Part shown: positions 38,453 to 52,074 of the stretch, one piece after another | Layout: every line of letters begins with the position of its first letter | Position numbering within the stretch: position 1 is the first letter of the stretch | Source: Octopus vulgaris | Taxonomy: Eukaryota | Direction of reading: 5' to 3' | Length of the DNA stretch: 64,000 nt | Assembly: GCA_951406725.2 (NCBI GenBank) | Contig: OX597814.1 | Location: forward strand, 102,920,001 to 102,984,000 | Translations under genes and position numbers: made by a program | Notes under the pieces: generated by a model | Told to the model about the DNA's origin: nothing | What the model saw: only the letters and a program-made list of their open reading frames with translations | Database searches by the model: none

Positions 38453-39715
38453 TCAGGTCATTAAGAATGGAATGTGTCCAATTTAGAACTGAAAGTTTAT
38501 TTTACTTTATCTCAACAAAAAGCAATGCAGTTAATCAAAGTATGCACCTAAATTATCAACACATTTTTGTCATTTTATCGGAAGTTTATTTATGCCAGCA
38601 GTGAAGAATTCTGGAGAGCAAGAGGTGATGAAATCATAAAAGGTTGTTTTTGCATCTTCTTCAGATTTGAAGTTTTTTCCTCGCAAAAACTTGTCTAATG
38701 CCTGGAAAGCAGGATAGTCAGTTGGTGCAAGGTCTGGTGAATATGATGGATGACAGAGTGCTTCCAAGTTCAGTTCCTGTAACATGAGTAATGTTCTTTG
38801 TGCATTGTGTGGTCAAGCATTGTCATGCAAGAGAATTGGCCTGTCTCTGTTGACCAATCTTGGTTGTTTAATTGCAAGTTCATTCATCATTTCATCCAAT
38901 TGGTTGATGCATACATCCACTGTAATTGACTTACCAGGTCCCATGAAGCTGTAGTGGATGATACCAGCACTGGACCACCAAACAGACACCATTAGCTTTT
39001 CTTGGTGAATATTCTTTTGGGGATTGTGTTTTGGTACTTTATCTTTATCCAGCCACCATGCAGAACACTTGCTATTGTTGAAAAGAATCCATTTTTCATC
39101 ACACATAATATGATGCAAAAATGGTTCACTTTTATGTCGTGATAGCAAAGAGCAGCAAGTTTGAAGACGATGTGTCATGTGATGCTTATTCAGTTCATTT
39201 GGTACCCACCAGCTTCTTTACCTTGCCAATATGTTTCAGATGGTCCAATACAGTTAGGATTGAAACATCAAACCCTGCTGCTAACTCACACAGAGTTTGA
39301 GATGTATCCGCTTCCACTACAGTTTCCAGCTCATCATTATCCACCTTGGTCTCGGGTCTACCAAAGGGCTGATTTTCAAGAGTAAAGTCACCAGACTGGA
39401 ACTTCTCAAACCAACAATGTACAGCGCTCTCATTTACCACACCTTCACCAGACACCTGCCTCGTTGATCTTTCAAGCTGTCTGGGATGCATTGGTTCCAT
39501 GATGGAACTCATATTCATAAACAACACAAATTTTTTATCTATCCATGGGTTTACAAAACTTGACTAACAAGAGCAAACTCAGAATATAATCAGACACCAC
39601 GAATTGCATTTCAAAAAGTGGATGATGTAATTTCTTCAATGTTGTAAAGCAAAGAATTAATGACTGTAAAACTTGGTGCATAAGAAAATCAGACATTTCA
39701 TTCTTAATGACCTGA
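38453..39715 (-). mobile_element. Full-length but decayed mariner transposon
   Basis: TA-flanked TIRs tcaggtcattaagaatg(g/a)aatgt at both ends. Transposase motifs CDEKWILFNN, LLHDNA and HPSYSPDLAPTDY across frameshifts. Confidence 0.93.
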
Positions 39716-41568
39716 TATTTATGAAGAGAGTGATATGGATGTGAAACTGGAAACAGCAATAGATGATACGATGACAAAATTGTAAAGCATCAAACTACAA
39801 GATCAAAAAATAGAAGCAAAAACCTATTCTGAAGACTACTGCTTTTCCCAAACTAGGAGAAACTATTCAGTTTAAACTCACAAATGATGAGGATTCAGAC
39901 TGGAAGAGTTTAAAGGTAAGAAGCAGTTAGCTGTGGGGTCATCCGATCACAACACTACTGCAGACACTTAACAGGAAGCAACAGGCTTCACCTGACTGTA
40001 TAAAAATGAAACCATGGGGCGGCAGGGCAGGATTCACTTTGGTAAGCAATGAGAAGATTTTAGTGTAAACTTGTTTATAAGTTCAATTCCACTTTTAGAG
40101 ATAAAGCAACAAACCCGTCCATCTTAGCAATTCAACAGGCAACAAGACATTACTAACTACGACCCTTCAGCAACAACGTACTAATAAATCAAGCTTTATA
40201 CCCGTTATATGATGCAAGGAGTCACAGTCAACAATTTTATATCAGAACCTCCAATTCTAAACTAAAGCTGGAAGATTCAACAAATTTTAACTACAGAATA
40301 AAAACTCTTGTAAGATGCTTTTCATTTCACAACTCACCGTCTCTCTCTTTCAGTAGCAACCGATTCCTCTTGTGCCCAGTATTTCTCCAAGTACTGTGCT
40401 TTGTTATACATGCATCCTGATGTTGCACATCCACTGGAGAATACTAGCTTCATTCCTCTCTGCATTCAGAGTCCATATCTCTCACTACTATGAAGTATAG
40501 CCATTTGTCAAAATTATATTGTCTTTTGCCTTGCACATCATTCAAGAACATAGCTTGAAGTGTATACTGTTCCACTAATTTATAATGGCCATTGAAGTAG
40601 CATTAACCATATTTCTGCTCACTGCTAAACACAATGCTGGATTCATATTTATTCCAAGAATGATTTTTTATTTTGAAAATGTATTTAAAATGTGTTTTGA
40701 ACTTAATTTAAATATTTCTATTAAAAATCTTGTCACCCTCTAAACACAGAACACCCCTACTCCTGCACTCCCTTAAACTGTGAGCTCAGAACACCCATAA
40801 GCAGGAGCTATTTCTTAGGTTATTAACCACTACTTTAGACCATTACTAACAGGAGGCAGGAATGGAAATTAACTTGAAATATGAATATAATCAACTTATA
40901 GACAGCACTTGCCAAAAACTTAACTTTACTCCATAGTGCTTGCTAAAATATTTCAAACTATTGATCAAAGATTCATAAACTTTAATTTTAATTTGTAACA
41001 CTGACAAAATGAATTTCTCTCTTTTCTCAATGACAATTATGGCTTCCATAGAACTAATGGACACCTGCTTTCTTACAGTAACCTTTCACCTTAGAGAAAT
41101 TCTGTAAAAGGAATGTTTTAATCCTAGGCATAAAAACTTTCAGCTTGAATAGTTCAAACAATGTCTTCAACTACAAGCAAAATTAAAAGGCTATTTCCTA
41201 ATCGTCTTTTAATTTTGCTCATACCTAAAGATGTCATGTTCTTGCTTTCAAAATTAGTTTTAATTTAGCTCATAACAGCTTCTATTTTTTCTCGTAGCTT
41301 GAGACATCATGCTTCCTTTTGGCCATTCATATGAACAAGTCCACCAAGCCAACTATGTGCTCTTTACTAAGGATTACCCATCTATTCACTCATTCAGCTA
41401 TGTGCCGATAAGTTTGCTTTTTGCGCTTCTTTGCTTAATTTTCCGCTTCTTCATTTAATTCTACCCTGATGACACTAAATAATGCATCTTAATTTAATTT
41501 ACTCTAACCTTAACTCAGTCTACTTAAACCATTATTTATTGCTGGTCCCTTCTCTCCCCTTTTCTTAC

Positions 41569-41981
41569 TGCTATGACCCCAATGTCTACCTTTCCCATTC
41601 TATCGCAACTCTGATTGGTTGGTATTGGTGAAATTTGTCTCTTGCTCTATCACACACCAATATGCAACCCAACCAATCGCAGCCTTCAAATAAGATCACA
41701 TGTGACAGCCTGTTCTCAACTCAGTCTTGAGCCTACAACTCCTTATAAAAACCCAGCTTCTCCTCATCTCGATGTCCTTTGGTTCCAGACCTTTTTAAAG
41801 TCTAGCCACTGACCACACACAACACAGCTAGTTCCAGCAACAACACAACAACAGCCACGTTGAGACTCACCAACTTTGTCCAGCAGCATTTGGTGACCTC
41901 TGTCTCTGTCGCCACCATCGTCCTAACGTCAACATCTCTCTAAGTACACAACTCAACAAGCAACTCACCCGGGTTACAACA
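41569..41981 (+). mobile_element. Possible solo LTR
   Basis: TG...CA termini with imperfect inverted ends (tgctatgaccc/gggttacaaca) and internal CCAAT and TTATAAAAA. The TSD is not convincing. Confidence 0.35.
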
Positions 41982-42009
41982 CTGCACTGTTTGTGAATTA
42001 ATTCATCAT

Positions 42010-43700
42010 AGATCAACAGCTGCACCTTTTATGTGTCCATAGTTTGCCCTGGGTACATCGTATAGAGTCTATGTCTTTTCTAAATATCAAGCAGGGCCAT
42101 CTACATAAAGGGATTTGTGTTTTGTCCACTTTCCTACTTACTAAGACTTTGGTTTTTGCTAAATTAACTCTAAGGCCCTTTGATTCTAGACCTTGCTTAC
42201 ACACCTGAAATTTCTTCTCAAGTTCTGGTCATGTTCAGTTAGAAGAACAAGGTCATTGGCACAGAGGAGCTCCCAGGAGTAACCCAACTTAAATTCCTCT
42301 ATTATTGCCGGGAAGACTCCTTCGTGTACAACCTGATTAACTTTACGGGTGACTAGACCATAACCTACACCCCCAAATATTTTAAGCATCTCAGCAGTGA
42401 TTCCTGATAGGCTGGGGGCTTTCCCTTTCTTCATATCCTTCATGGCTTTGACTACCATGCTACTATTTATTCAGATTGCTGGTCCCTCTGTTGGATTCAT
42501 ATTAGGCAGACGTTCCTTCTGCTATGAGTTCTTTACATTTAGTAGCCTTCAATAGTGGCACTTTCAAGTCACTAACTGCAAGTGAACCATCATCCATGCG
42601 AATGCACTTCATTCCCACAACATCACATTTTTCCCTGGCACACTGTCTTGCAAACCGAAACACTTCAAGCTGCTGGTCCTCATGTTGCAGAACATTGGCA
42701 AACTTTTCCATTTCTGCTTCATCCCTGACTAAGTATATGAGTTTCCTCATGTCCCTTCCAGCTGCCCTGACATAGCTCCTTGCTACCACCACCCTTCCAG
42801 TCCTTGCAAGCTCGTTTCTTTGCTCTAATTGTTCCACCACCATATCACTCTAGGTCTAATTGGGACTTTACACCAACCATAAATTTGGTCTGTAGCTCTC
42901 AGTAAGCTGTTTCGTAGGAACTTCCAGTTATCCTCTATATTGCAAATCTGTAACTTCTACTCACCAAATGCTTCAGTTAGGAAGTCTCTAAATCTCTGAT
43001 TATTCAAAGGATCCTTAAGATTCCAGATCCTTCTTTTCCAAACTGGCTTGCTTCTTGGAATCCTTTGTGCCTGCAGTTTGAAGTCACTAATGAGTAACCT
43101 ATGCTGAGAGGTATATCATTCACCAGCAAAGGACTTTGCATTTATGAGCAACTGTAGTTGATCTGGCCAGCATGGTCACCTGATTTATAGGTTTTCAAGT
43201 GACTGGCTGGTTTACTGAAGTTGGTATTGCATATCATTAGGTCATTTGCATCACAGAACTCCTGCAGCCTTGTTCCCTCCTTATTTTGGGAACCCATGGC
43301 CCCCATGCACTCCATGGAAGACACCTGGGTGCTACTGAACATGTTCATTGAAATTAGCAGCCATGAAGATCAGGTCACTGTCGTTTCTCTTCAAAGTGAT
43401 CTGCAAAAGTGCCTTTTTGTTTATTTGGCAGGCTCAGTTGTGGTGCATGGGCAGAGATGATTGTTTCTGTGCTATTCTGCAAAACTAGTCTGAGATTAAG
43501 TACCCCATCACCTTACTTACCCATTTCTCTGCTAGAAGTATGCCAGTGCCTCCTGTCCCGTTACACTTGCCCTCCCAGAAGAGTTTATACCTATGTCTTT
43601 TGCCTGTGGGGAACCTGGTTGAAGCTCACTTTCATTGAGTTCTTGGAGGCAACACACATCAATGTCTCCTTTCAAGCATCTCAACAATCTCACCAGACCT
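42010..43700 (-). mobile_element. Internally deleted RTE LINE (EN and RT remnants)
   Basis: NKEGTRLQEFCDANDLMICNT, KKGKAPSLSGITAEMLK, WELLCANDLVL, GLRVNLAKTKV. Confidence 0.85.
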
Positions 43701-43769
43701 ACATTTCAGTAATGAGAAAGACTGAAACAGTTAAAACTCTTCTCCCTAGAATGAAGGTAGGAAAGATAT

Positions 43770-44190
43770 GCAATGATATACATCTGGAAAATCCTGGAAG
43801 GTCTTGTACCAAACTTTGGCATTGAAAATTACACAAAGAACAGAATGGGGTGCCATTGCATAGTGCCAAAGATCCCAGCATCACCATCAAAACACAGGAC
43901 CAAATACTGCAACAGCTTGGGTTTCAAGAGTCCACAGCTCTTCTGTATCCTTCCAAAATGCCTGAGAGACCTGTATGGTATGGATGTCTTCAAAACAAAA
44001 CTGGATCTCCTCCAGTGAAAGCTTCCAGATGAGCCAACCCCATGGCAGGAAGCACAGATAAGGACAGTAGCATCAATCTCCCTCATCCACCAAATTCCAC
44101 GTATCAGACGTGGTTTCAAATAATGGTGTAGCACAGCCAACGGTGGGGCCCCAGCATGACTGCAGCTTTAAAGCTGAAACACTTTAAAGA
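43770..44190 (+). mobile_element. CR1-group LINE 3' end
   Basis: IYIWKILEGLVPN...NSLGFKSPQLFCILPKCLRDL..FKTKLD; same type as 8645-9018. Confidence 0.75.
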
Positions 44191-47100
44191 ATTGAAGAAT
44201 TATAAGGCTGACTTCTGGAATAAGATTATCTCCTTACCCAATGAAAGCATTCAACTAACAAAGAAACAACAGTATTTTGGTGATGGGGTCCTGTCATAAA
44301 TTGTGAATTTACCAAGAACAATATGGGTAGTGAGATACAATATATCCTGAAGGTCACATTACTGACTATGCTAGAACAAACACATCAAAGCACACTTGAA
44401 AGTTAATGGAGTGATTTTACAAGTTTGAATGATTACTTCCAAGTGAGAGATTGGTTCAAGCTGTGTACAATTTTGTTACTCTCAATCAACAAAATTCTCT
44501 AAACTTATTTTATGAACCACAGGTACGATTGAGGTAGGCTGAAGCGGAGTAACTTTAAGTGTTTTATCCAGGAATTCAACAGTTGAAGATATTTTGATAT
44601 AAGTGATATAAAGAAGTGCTATTTCAGACATTAACAGTTCAAAAGTCTAAGTAAATGCTTTCTTCATGAAATTCAGTAAGGTGTGTGTTAACAGAAACTG
44701 GTGAACAACTGGTTCGGAAACTGAAAAACAAATCTTGCTTAATAGCAGCAATGTTATGTACCTTTAGGCCAAATATGTTATTTTCTTATCAAGCTGGCTG
44801 TAAGTAGATATTAAGCCAGACTTTACATTTGGGTGATTATTGTTAAGAAGAGCATCCAACTGTAACAAAATACTTGATTCAATAATTCAGATAATAATAA
44901 TTTATGCTCAGAAAGATCTTAATTATGTTACAGGAAACATTAAAAAATACTAGAACATAATTAGAGATTCTAGTTTAGAAGACAAATTACAAAAACCATT
45001 TCTATTTGGTGCATTTTTTATTGGTTTCAAATTTTAATACAATGTCGGTAATTTTGGGGAAGGGGGCAAATTGATTACATCAACCCCAACAACAACAACA
45101 ACTACATCATCATCAGTGTTACACATTCTGGCCACAATAAGTAATGTGGTACTGGACATAGCTGTTCAATGTTGGCATCTGTTATTTCAGTCCAACTTGG
45201 CAGGGATCTAATTAATCAACAAAAATTTTATTATCAGCACTGTGTCATCATTGAAGATTTGTCTCAAGAGCTTCATCAGATGGCCATCACTCATGAGTGT
45301 TTTCAGTTGGGGCAACTTATCCTCAGACCAGAGATCTGGCCAGACTCCACTAAAAGTACCAGGATGGTGAAGTGGGTGATGGAGTCAATCCATTTCATTG
45401 TTGTTAACTAATCTCCATAGGCCTAATCTTACCTGCAGCTTGTGGGGGTAAACACAGTTTGGTTTTCTCCCCTTACCCAGCAGGAAGAGAAAGTAATCTA
45501 ATCATTGTAACACCTCCGAGAACAATATGGTTGAAGATCAAGTTGAATATCAATGTTTGAAAGACAGACATTGATAAGGAACGCCAGAAGATGGATAGCA
45601 AGATGAAAGATGGACATTGATAAGAGGGTTGATGTAATGCCAAAATGAGGAAAAGACGTTTTGGCAGTATTTGGAGTGTGAAAAGTGTGGCTGAAGTGTG
45701 CAACTTGCTATTTCAAAGGAACAGAGGCCATTGAAGGAGTGGTAGAATAAGCAGAGAGAGAGAAGACAAGTTGTATTGTATTGGTGAAGGAGTCTTCCCC
45801 ACTTAGTTTGTGAATCTTCCATCAAACTGCAAACAGGAACCAGACAGCAGAGGCACCAAAACCGAAATGCTTAAGGATCAATGTAGTAATGGTTAATGCT
45901 TATTGCTGTCTTGGTGGCTCTATAACCCATAAAACACAAGACAAATTAGTTTTTAAATAGCTATTACTCAAGAACTTGAGTAATTCCTGCTTTGATGAGC
46001 TACCAGAGTGGGGGGGGGGGGATTTAAACCATTATTACAAAGAGATACAACAACAAATAGCATGTTACTGACCAAATTCTGTTTTGAAGAATGGAAAATA
46101 ATGTTTACAAACTTGACTTTTACCAACGGAAGATTCAGTTTAAAGAAATCTAAATCTAATAGTTTGGGACATCACATACTTTGTGATAGTCTTGCTTATT
46201 GTCTGAGATTAGCTTTATTTGCTATAAACTTTGGTTGAATTAATGCGATTAAGAGATTAGCTAATGTCAGATTAAATATTTGAAATCGATTGTTAACTGG
46301 GAAGCCAATGGCTGCTGTTACAGTCACACCCTTTAAAAGAAAAAATTATCTAACTTGCAAAAAGTTGCAATAAAAACATAACATAATCGTGAAACATTAA
46401 AACAGAAACAAATAGGGTGCAAGAGGCATTTGAGGGCATATTTGATAATTTAATATAACAACTCTAATCTAGCAAGAACAGAATGTATTCTAATAAAAGC
46501 GTGTGCACATGATCTCAATAAACTTTCATATAAAACTGTTTTATGAATCCACCTTCACCTTGAATCATTGCTTCAATGCAGGACCAGAATTATTGACATT
46601 CGGCACTGAATGATCTTTATTCATTTCAGAAATCACCCAGACAATGGCAACCTTCAGTGAAGCTATTGTTTTGTGAGAAAGTCAATTAATCTCCCTTTCG
46701 AAAATGTTCCAAATGTTTCATGGGATTTTAAGCTGATGAGCTTGGAGCCCATAAGTTGAGTGTTACATGATCGTTAAGATTGTCTGACATTAATTCTTGG
46801 ATTATTTCATCCGACCAATGCTAAACAACTGTCTGCAGTACTGCAACATATCCATCAGCATTAATTCTAAGACCCTGGAAAATGCAAAGTAGCATGATGG
46901 TTTTCATTGCTCACCACTCTTAAAACCATCACAATTGCTGGAAATTTAGTGTGTGTCACTCTAGGGACATCTCAAGGATCTACACATAACCATATGTTAT
47001 TTCTCCTCTTACACTTATGGTCTTAGGCAAAGTTTTTCTCATCAAAGAAGAACCAGAGCATGCCATGCTTGTGAGAGTTTTTAATTTACTAAATAACTGC

Positions 47101-47295
47101 TTAGCACAGATCAAACAGTTTCCATGTGTCTTTGCAGACATGAATTGGCCTCTACTCAGTACATACAACTTGCATCAACTATCTTCATGCAGCACAGTTC
47201 TCCAACACATGAAGTTCTTTGGTACTTGCCCTCATTGATTTTCCAGGATCATCATCAATAATGTTTTGAACCTGTTGGGTGAATTACAGTCTTTA

Positions 47296-48185
47296 CGAGG
47301 TCTGATCAATAAGTATCCAGACTGTTGCCATAGTAACAAAGCTAAAGCATGCAGAGTAAAGCCGCTCGACACAGATTGATCTTGAACTCTGCTGTGCATG
47401 CCCACTAAGTTTTAACATTCTAGCTCACTTCTGCTGTTTACAGCAGTGCTTGGAAGGAACATGAGTAGCGTGTGATTGTTGTATTGATCCTAACAGAAAA
47501 AGTTGTCATGGTGATACCTGCTCAGAGATCTATGCAAAGTTGCAGAAAGTGTATGGAGAGGGGTGTATGAGCCACACACAAGTGTATGAGTGGTTCAGAC
47601 ATTTCCAAAAGGGCAAAAAAAAAAGTTGATATTAACGAACATTCTGGGAGACCTTCACCCAGCAAAACTGAGTAAAACATCACAGACGTGCATGCATCTG
47701 TGAGGAGAAATTGTTGAATCAGCATCCGTGAGTTATCAGAGGGTGTGCAGATTAGTTACAGTTCAGTTCAGTCCATTAACACAGAAGATTTGGGTACGAG
47801 ACGTGTGTCCACTAAGTTTGTGCCAAAACTGTTTTCGGCTGGCCAAACAGACACTCAGGTTTCAGTTGCACAAAATCTTGATTGTATCGAGAACAATGAA
47901 AACTTTATGAAAACTTTGCATAGGCCTCTGAGTAGGTATCACCAAACTTTTGGCAAAATTTGATGCAGATCCTCTGCTCAGCTTCTGTCACAGTCAATGC
48001 AACAATCACATGCTACACACCTTCCTTCCAAGTACTGCTGTAAATAGCAGAAGTGAGCTAGAATGTTAAAACTTAGTGCACATACACAGCAGAGTTTAAG
48101 GTCAATCTGTGCCTAGCAGCTTCACTCTCCATGCTTTAGCTTCGTTACTATAGCAACAGTCCAGATACTTATTGATCAGACTACA
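47296..48185 (+). mobile_element. Mariner-derived foldback element with ~190-bp inverted ends
   Basis: TA-flanked; the left arm cgaggtctgatcaataagtatcc... is mirrored at ~47994-48185. The interior encodes KVYGEGCMSHTQVYEWFRHF..SGRPS. Confidence 0.88.
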
Positions 48186-49224
48186 TATAGTATCGCAACA
48201 TCTAGAATGCTTTCTGTTTTTGACATAGTTGAAAGATTCCCATCAGAGGAAGCTCATACCTATGATTTTGTATACAAAGGATCTTGTAATATTTAGAAAG
48301 TTGGCAATTTCTAAACAGCCATGTTTTGCACATATCGCAACAATGATTGCCATATATTTTCATTCCTTGTGTTAGCATTTTATTTACCGAGGGGAATCTG
48401 AAGGAAATAGAAACCTTTTAATTGGTTTGAAGAGGGTAATATATTGATAATTCAGTGTCCTCAAATGGTCCTTGCACCCCATATAATTTTTAAGTGATAT
48501 TAGCTATCCACATTTGCTAATCATAATATTTAAATGATTCCTTGATAGACTTAATTACTTATCTTACACTTAATCAGTAATTACAAACCATTCCGTAGAC
48601 TGCTTACAATAACATTATTTACAATAAATATATTAGCAATTAATTCAACTGTTTTTTTTTAAAAATCTAATTCTACTATATATATTTAATTTTATTAACA
48701 GCCCTTTACATTCTGAGTTCAAACCCTACCAAGATCAATTTCAGCTTTCATCCTCCCTGGGTTGACTAAATAAACAGCAGTCAAGTACTGAGTCAATGGC
48801 ACCTATTTAGTCTCTTGCCTCAGAATTATTGTACTTGCATGTCAATTAGAAACCAAATGACTTTTTGTTGTTCATTGGTATCATCATCATCATCATCTAA
48901 ATCATCTAATGTCCATTTTCTATGCTGGCATGGGTTGAATGGTTTGACAGAGGCAAGAGTAAATATATATCACCTTCATTGTGTTAATGTCCAATTTTTC
49001 ATACTTGCATAGGTTGGACAGAATTTATCGAGGGAAATTTTCTACAGCTGGATGTCATTTCCGTCGGCAACCCTCACCCATTTCCAAGCAAGGTAATATT
49101 TCCCTCCATGGCCATGGAAGACTGGGAATGAAAGGCATCACTAGCCTGACATTGACATTTACAACTCTCATACAATGTCAAGACAAATGGACACACAAGA
49201 AAACACACAAGCAAAACTGTAGAG

Positions 49225-49561
49225 CAATGCTTTCTAAAGTGGGTGGCACTGCCCCGCCCCCTTGGAAGCATTGAAGAAAAGTGGAGTGATAATGGGGTGT
49301 AAAAAAAAATGAGTTAATTAGGTTTAAGTTTTATTTGTGAGATACAATTGTTTTGAATTTGCTGCAGAAAGTGATTTCTGTTTGTGGTGGTAGTGATGGG
49401 GGGGGGGGCACTAGGAATGTGGCCTGGGTGCCAAGAGGGTAGCAGCCTGGAAAAGTTTGGGAACCACTGCTGGGTGCCAAGAGGGTAGCAGCCTGAAAAA
49501 GTTTGGGAACCACTGCTGGGTGCCAAGAGGGTAGCAGCCTGAAAAAGTTTGGGAACCACTG
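49225..49561. mobile_element. hAT-type MITE with triplicated 46-bp right end
   Basis: 8-bp TSD ctgtagag/ctgtaggg. The unit ctgggtgcc...gtttgggaaccactg occurs three times (49424-49561). Confidence 0.8.
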
Positions 49562-50699
49562 CTGTAGGGTTTATAAGTTCACTATGCATCTCGTGTAATT
49601 CTGAGTTCAGTGCTGCTGCGAGGTATTTTGGGCAACTATCTTCTGCTGCACCCCTAAAGCTTAGCGGGTAGATTTGGTAGACAGACACTCATAGAAGCCC
49701 ATGGTGTATACATACATGCACATGTGTGTGCACGTGCATAGGTGTGGCTGTGTGCATAAGTCCATATTCTCTCTGTCTTCACATGCCTCACTAGTTGTAA
49801 ACAATGGTTTTGATTTCCTGTAGACAGTGCTGTTTGCTTCCAGTCCAGTGAGAAAAATATCGGAGCCTCTTCTCATGTTGCATGATCCATGTAAGCAAAA
49901 AGCTCAAAAGTATCATTCATACAATGTCATTTGCTTCCAGTGACCCAAATAACCATGTTCGAGCTGCTTGTTCAATAAGCAGGGTGATTATAACTGCTAA
50001 GAAACAGGCAAGGATTAGGATCCAAGAAGAGTATCTGGTCATAGGAAATTCTACCCTAACATACTCTTGTCTGATCCATGCAAGCAGATTTATATATACC
50101 TTTTGTGTACACTTCTGGCTCTCTTTTCCAGCTTTCCATTACTCAACCTTATATCTTTATTACAAGACACCTGGGCTTGTTTTCCCAACACACTAGCATC
50201 TCAACTCTTGGCACAGAACCATTACCCCTCCACCTCTCAAACACTACCCTACCTCATGTAGTCAAGAACGCTTTTCTTCTTTATTCCCACCCCCATTTTT
50301 TTCTTCTTGTTCCTTTCTTTTCTTGTAAATCACTTGCACCCAGTACACACTGTTGAGTGGTTGGCATTAAGAAGAACATCCAGCTATAGAAGCCAAACCA
50401 AAGCTAACTTTGTGGAGCTTGACACAGCCTTATGGTTCAATAGATCTTGCCAGACTACTAAACCCATGCCAGCAAAATGATGATGGTAATGATATATATA
50501 TATACATATAGGTTGCCATTATCTGGGTGATATTGGAAATATACATCTGGTTTTTTTCGACACTAAACTTCTAGCACTCTAATAGGTAGCTAACTCCAGT
50601 CTATCTCTTGCACATATACATTTAGATACTTGACACTTCAAGGAAGCTCAACATAAAAATGCAATAAGACATATTTTGTATACTTAGGATCACCTTGAA

Positions 50700-51500
50700 A
50701 ATCAAGAACCAAAATGACCAATATCAACATCTCATGGCTTTTCATTTTAAAAAAGTCAAGACAGTAATAGAAAACTGCAGGAAGATATGCTCTGTGTACA
50801 GGGAGGATTCTGTTACAGGACATGTGTGCCAGAATTGGTTTCCAAGATTTTGATTGGGAAATTTTGTGGTCCTTGCTCTGGTTAGCCAACCAAGATTAAT
50901 AGTGAGAAAATGACACCAATGCCCATTATACATCCAAGATGATTGTAGTCATTCTCAAAAAATACAAATTGAGTGTTGCAAACTATTTGCATCAAATCCA
51001 TCGGCAGGTTCAGTGTTTGGATCCTGCATTAATTGACTGAGACTGACATTTTTCCATCAGTGATTCATTGCAGGAATGTGAAGAAAACAATCCTTTTTTG
51101 AAGAGAATGGTGACAAGGGGTAAAAAATGTATTGTCTATAACTATGTGAAGTGAAAACAATCAGGAGCGAAATGCAGAGAACCATCACAAACAACTTCCA
51201 ATACAGGACTTCACCTAAAAAAAGATTATGCTTTCAATTTGGAAGGAAGTCATCTTTTACAGACTTCTTCCCATGGACAGAATCATTTTGGATGTCTACT
51301 GTGACCAGCTAGACAAATTAAATGTAGCAATCCACCAGAACCCAACACTTGCTTATTGTAAGGGCATTGTCTTTCATCATCACAATGTCAGACTCCTTTA
51401 CAGATGCAGCAGTAGTTACTAAAGTTTGACTGAATTTTGCTACACCATTCATATGTACCCTATCTTCAATAAATCTTTGATTAAAATCTCATACTCTACA
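50700..51500 (+). mobile_element. Very decayed mariner fragment
   Basis: CARIGFQDF, NPFLKRMVT, LHLKK.MLSIW, YCDQLDKLN and GIVFHHHN remnants. Confidence 0.6.
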
Positions 51501-51991
51501 ACGCCAAACGAGATCTATAATTGCCTCTTCCAATAAGTGCAAACTAAGCTGGCTTACTGTAGACCCTATTGTCCTTACTGTTTACCGTTACTGCACATCT
51601 GCCACATACAAAGACTACTTTCTCTGTTAAACTACCTGTGATCCCAATGCATCCACAGCTTGCATCAAATGGAATTCCTTCCAACAACTTTCCTACATAT
51701 TGATCAGAGCCATTTATCTGATGGGAAGAGAGTCTTAACTTTCTTGCTAACAACAATTTTGGCCTTTGCTATATTAACTTTAAGGCCTTTTAATTCCAGA
51801 TTTTGTTCCTATAGAGATTTCTAATTCTACAGATCCTGCCATAAGAGCAATAGTAGTTCCCATGGGCAACCAATCTTAAATTCTTCTGTTATGGTCTGAT
51901 GGACTATGATGAATAAGAAAGAACTATGAACTAAGCCCTAGCAAACTCCTACTTGTACACTAAACTCACCACTGTACTCATGGCTACATCC

Positions 51992-52043
<52 letters not shown>

Positions 52044-52074
52044 ACGCTAAAGGCAGAGTCTTCTGTACTGCAAG

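Noticed and set aside
38570-39527. SETMAR-like host gene
   Set aside because: Frameshifted transposase bounded by TA-flanked TIRs, with no SET domain.
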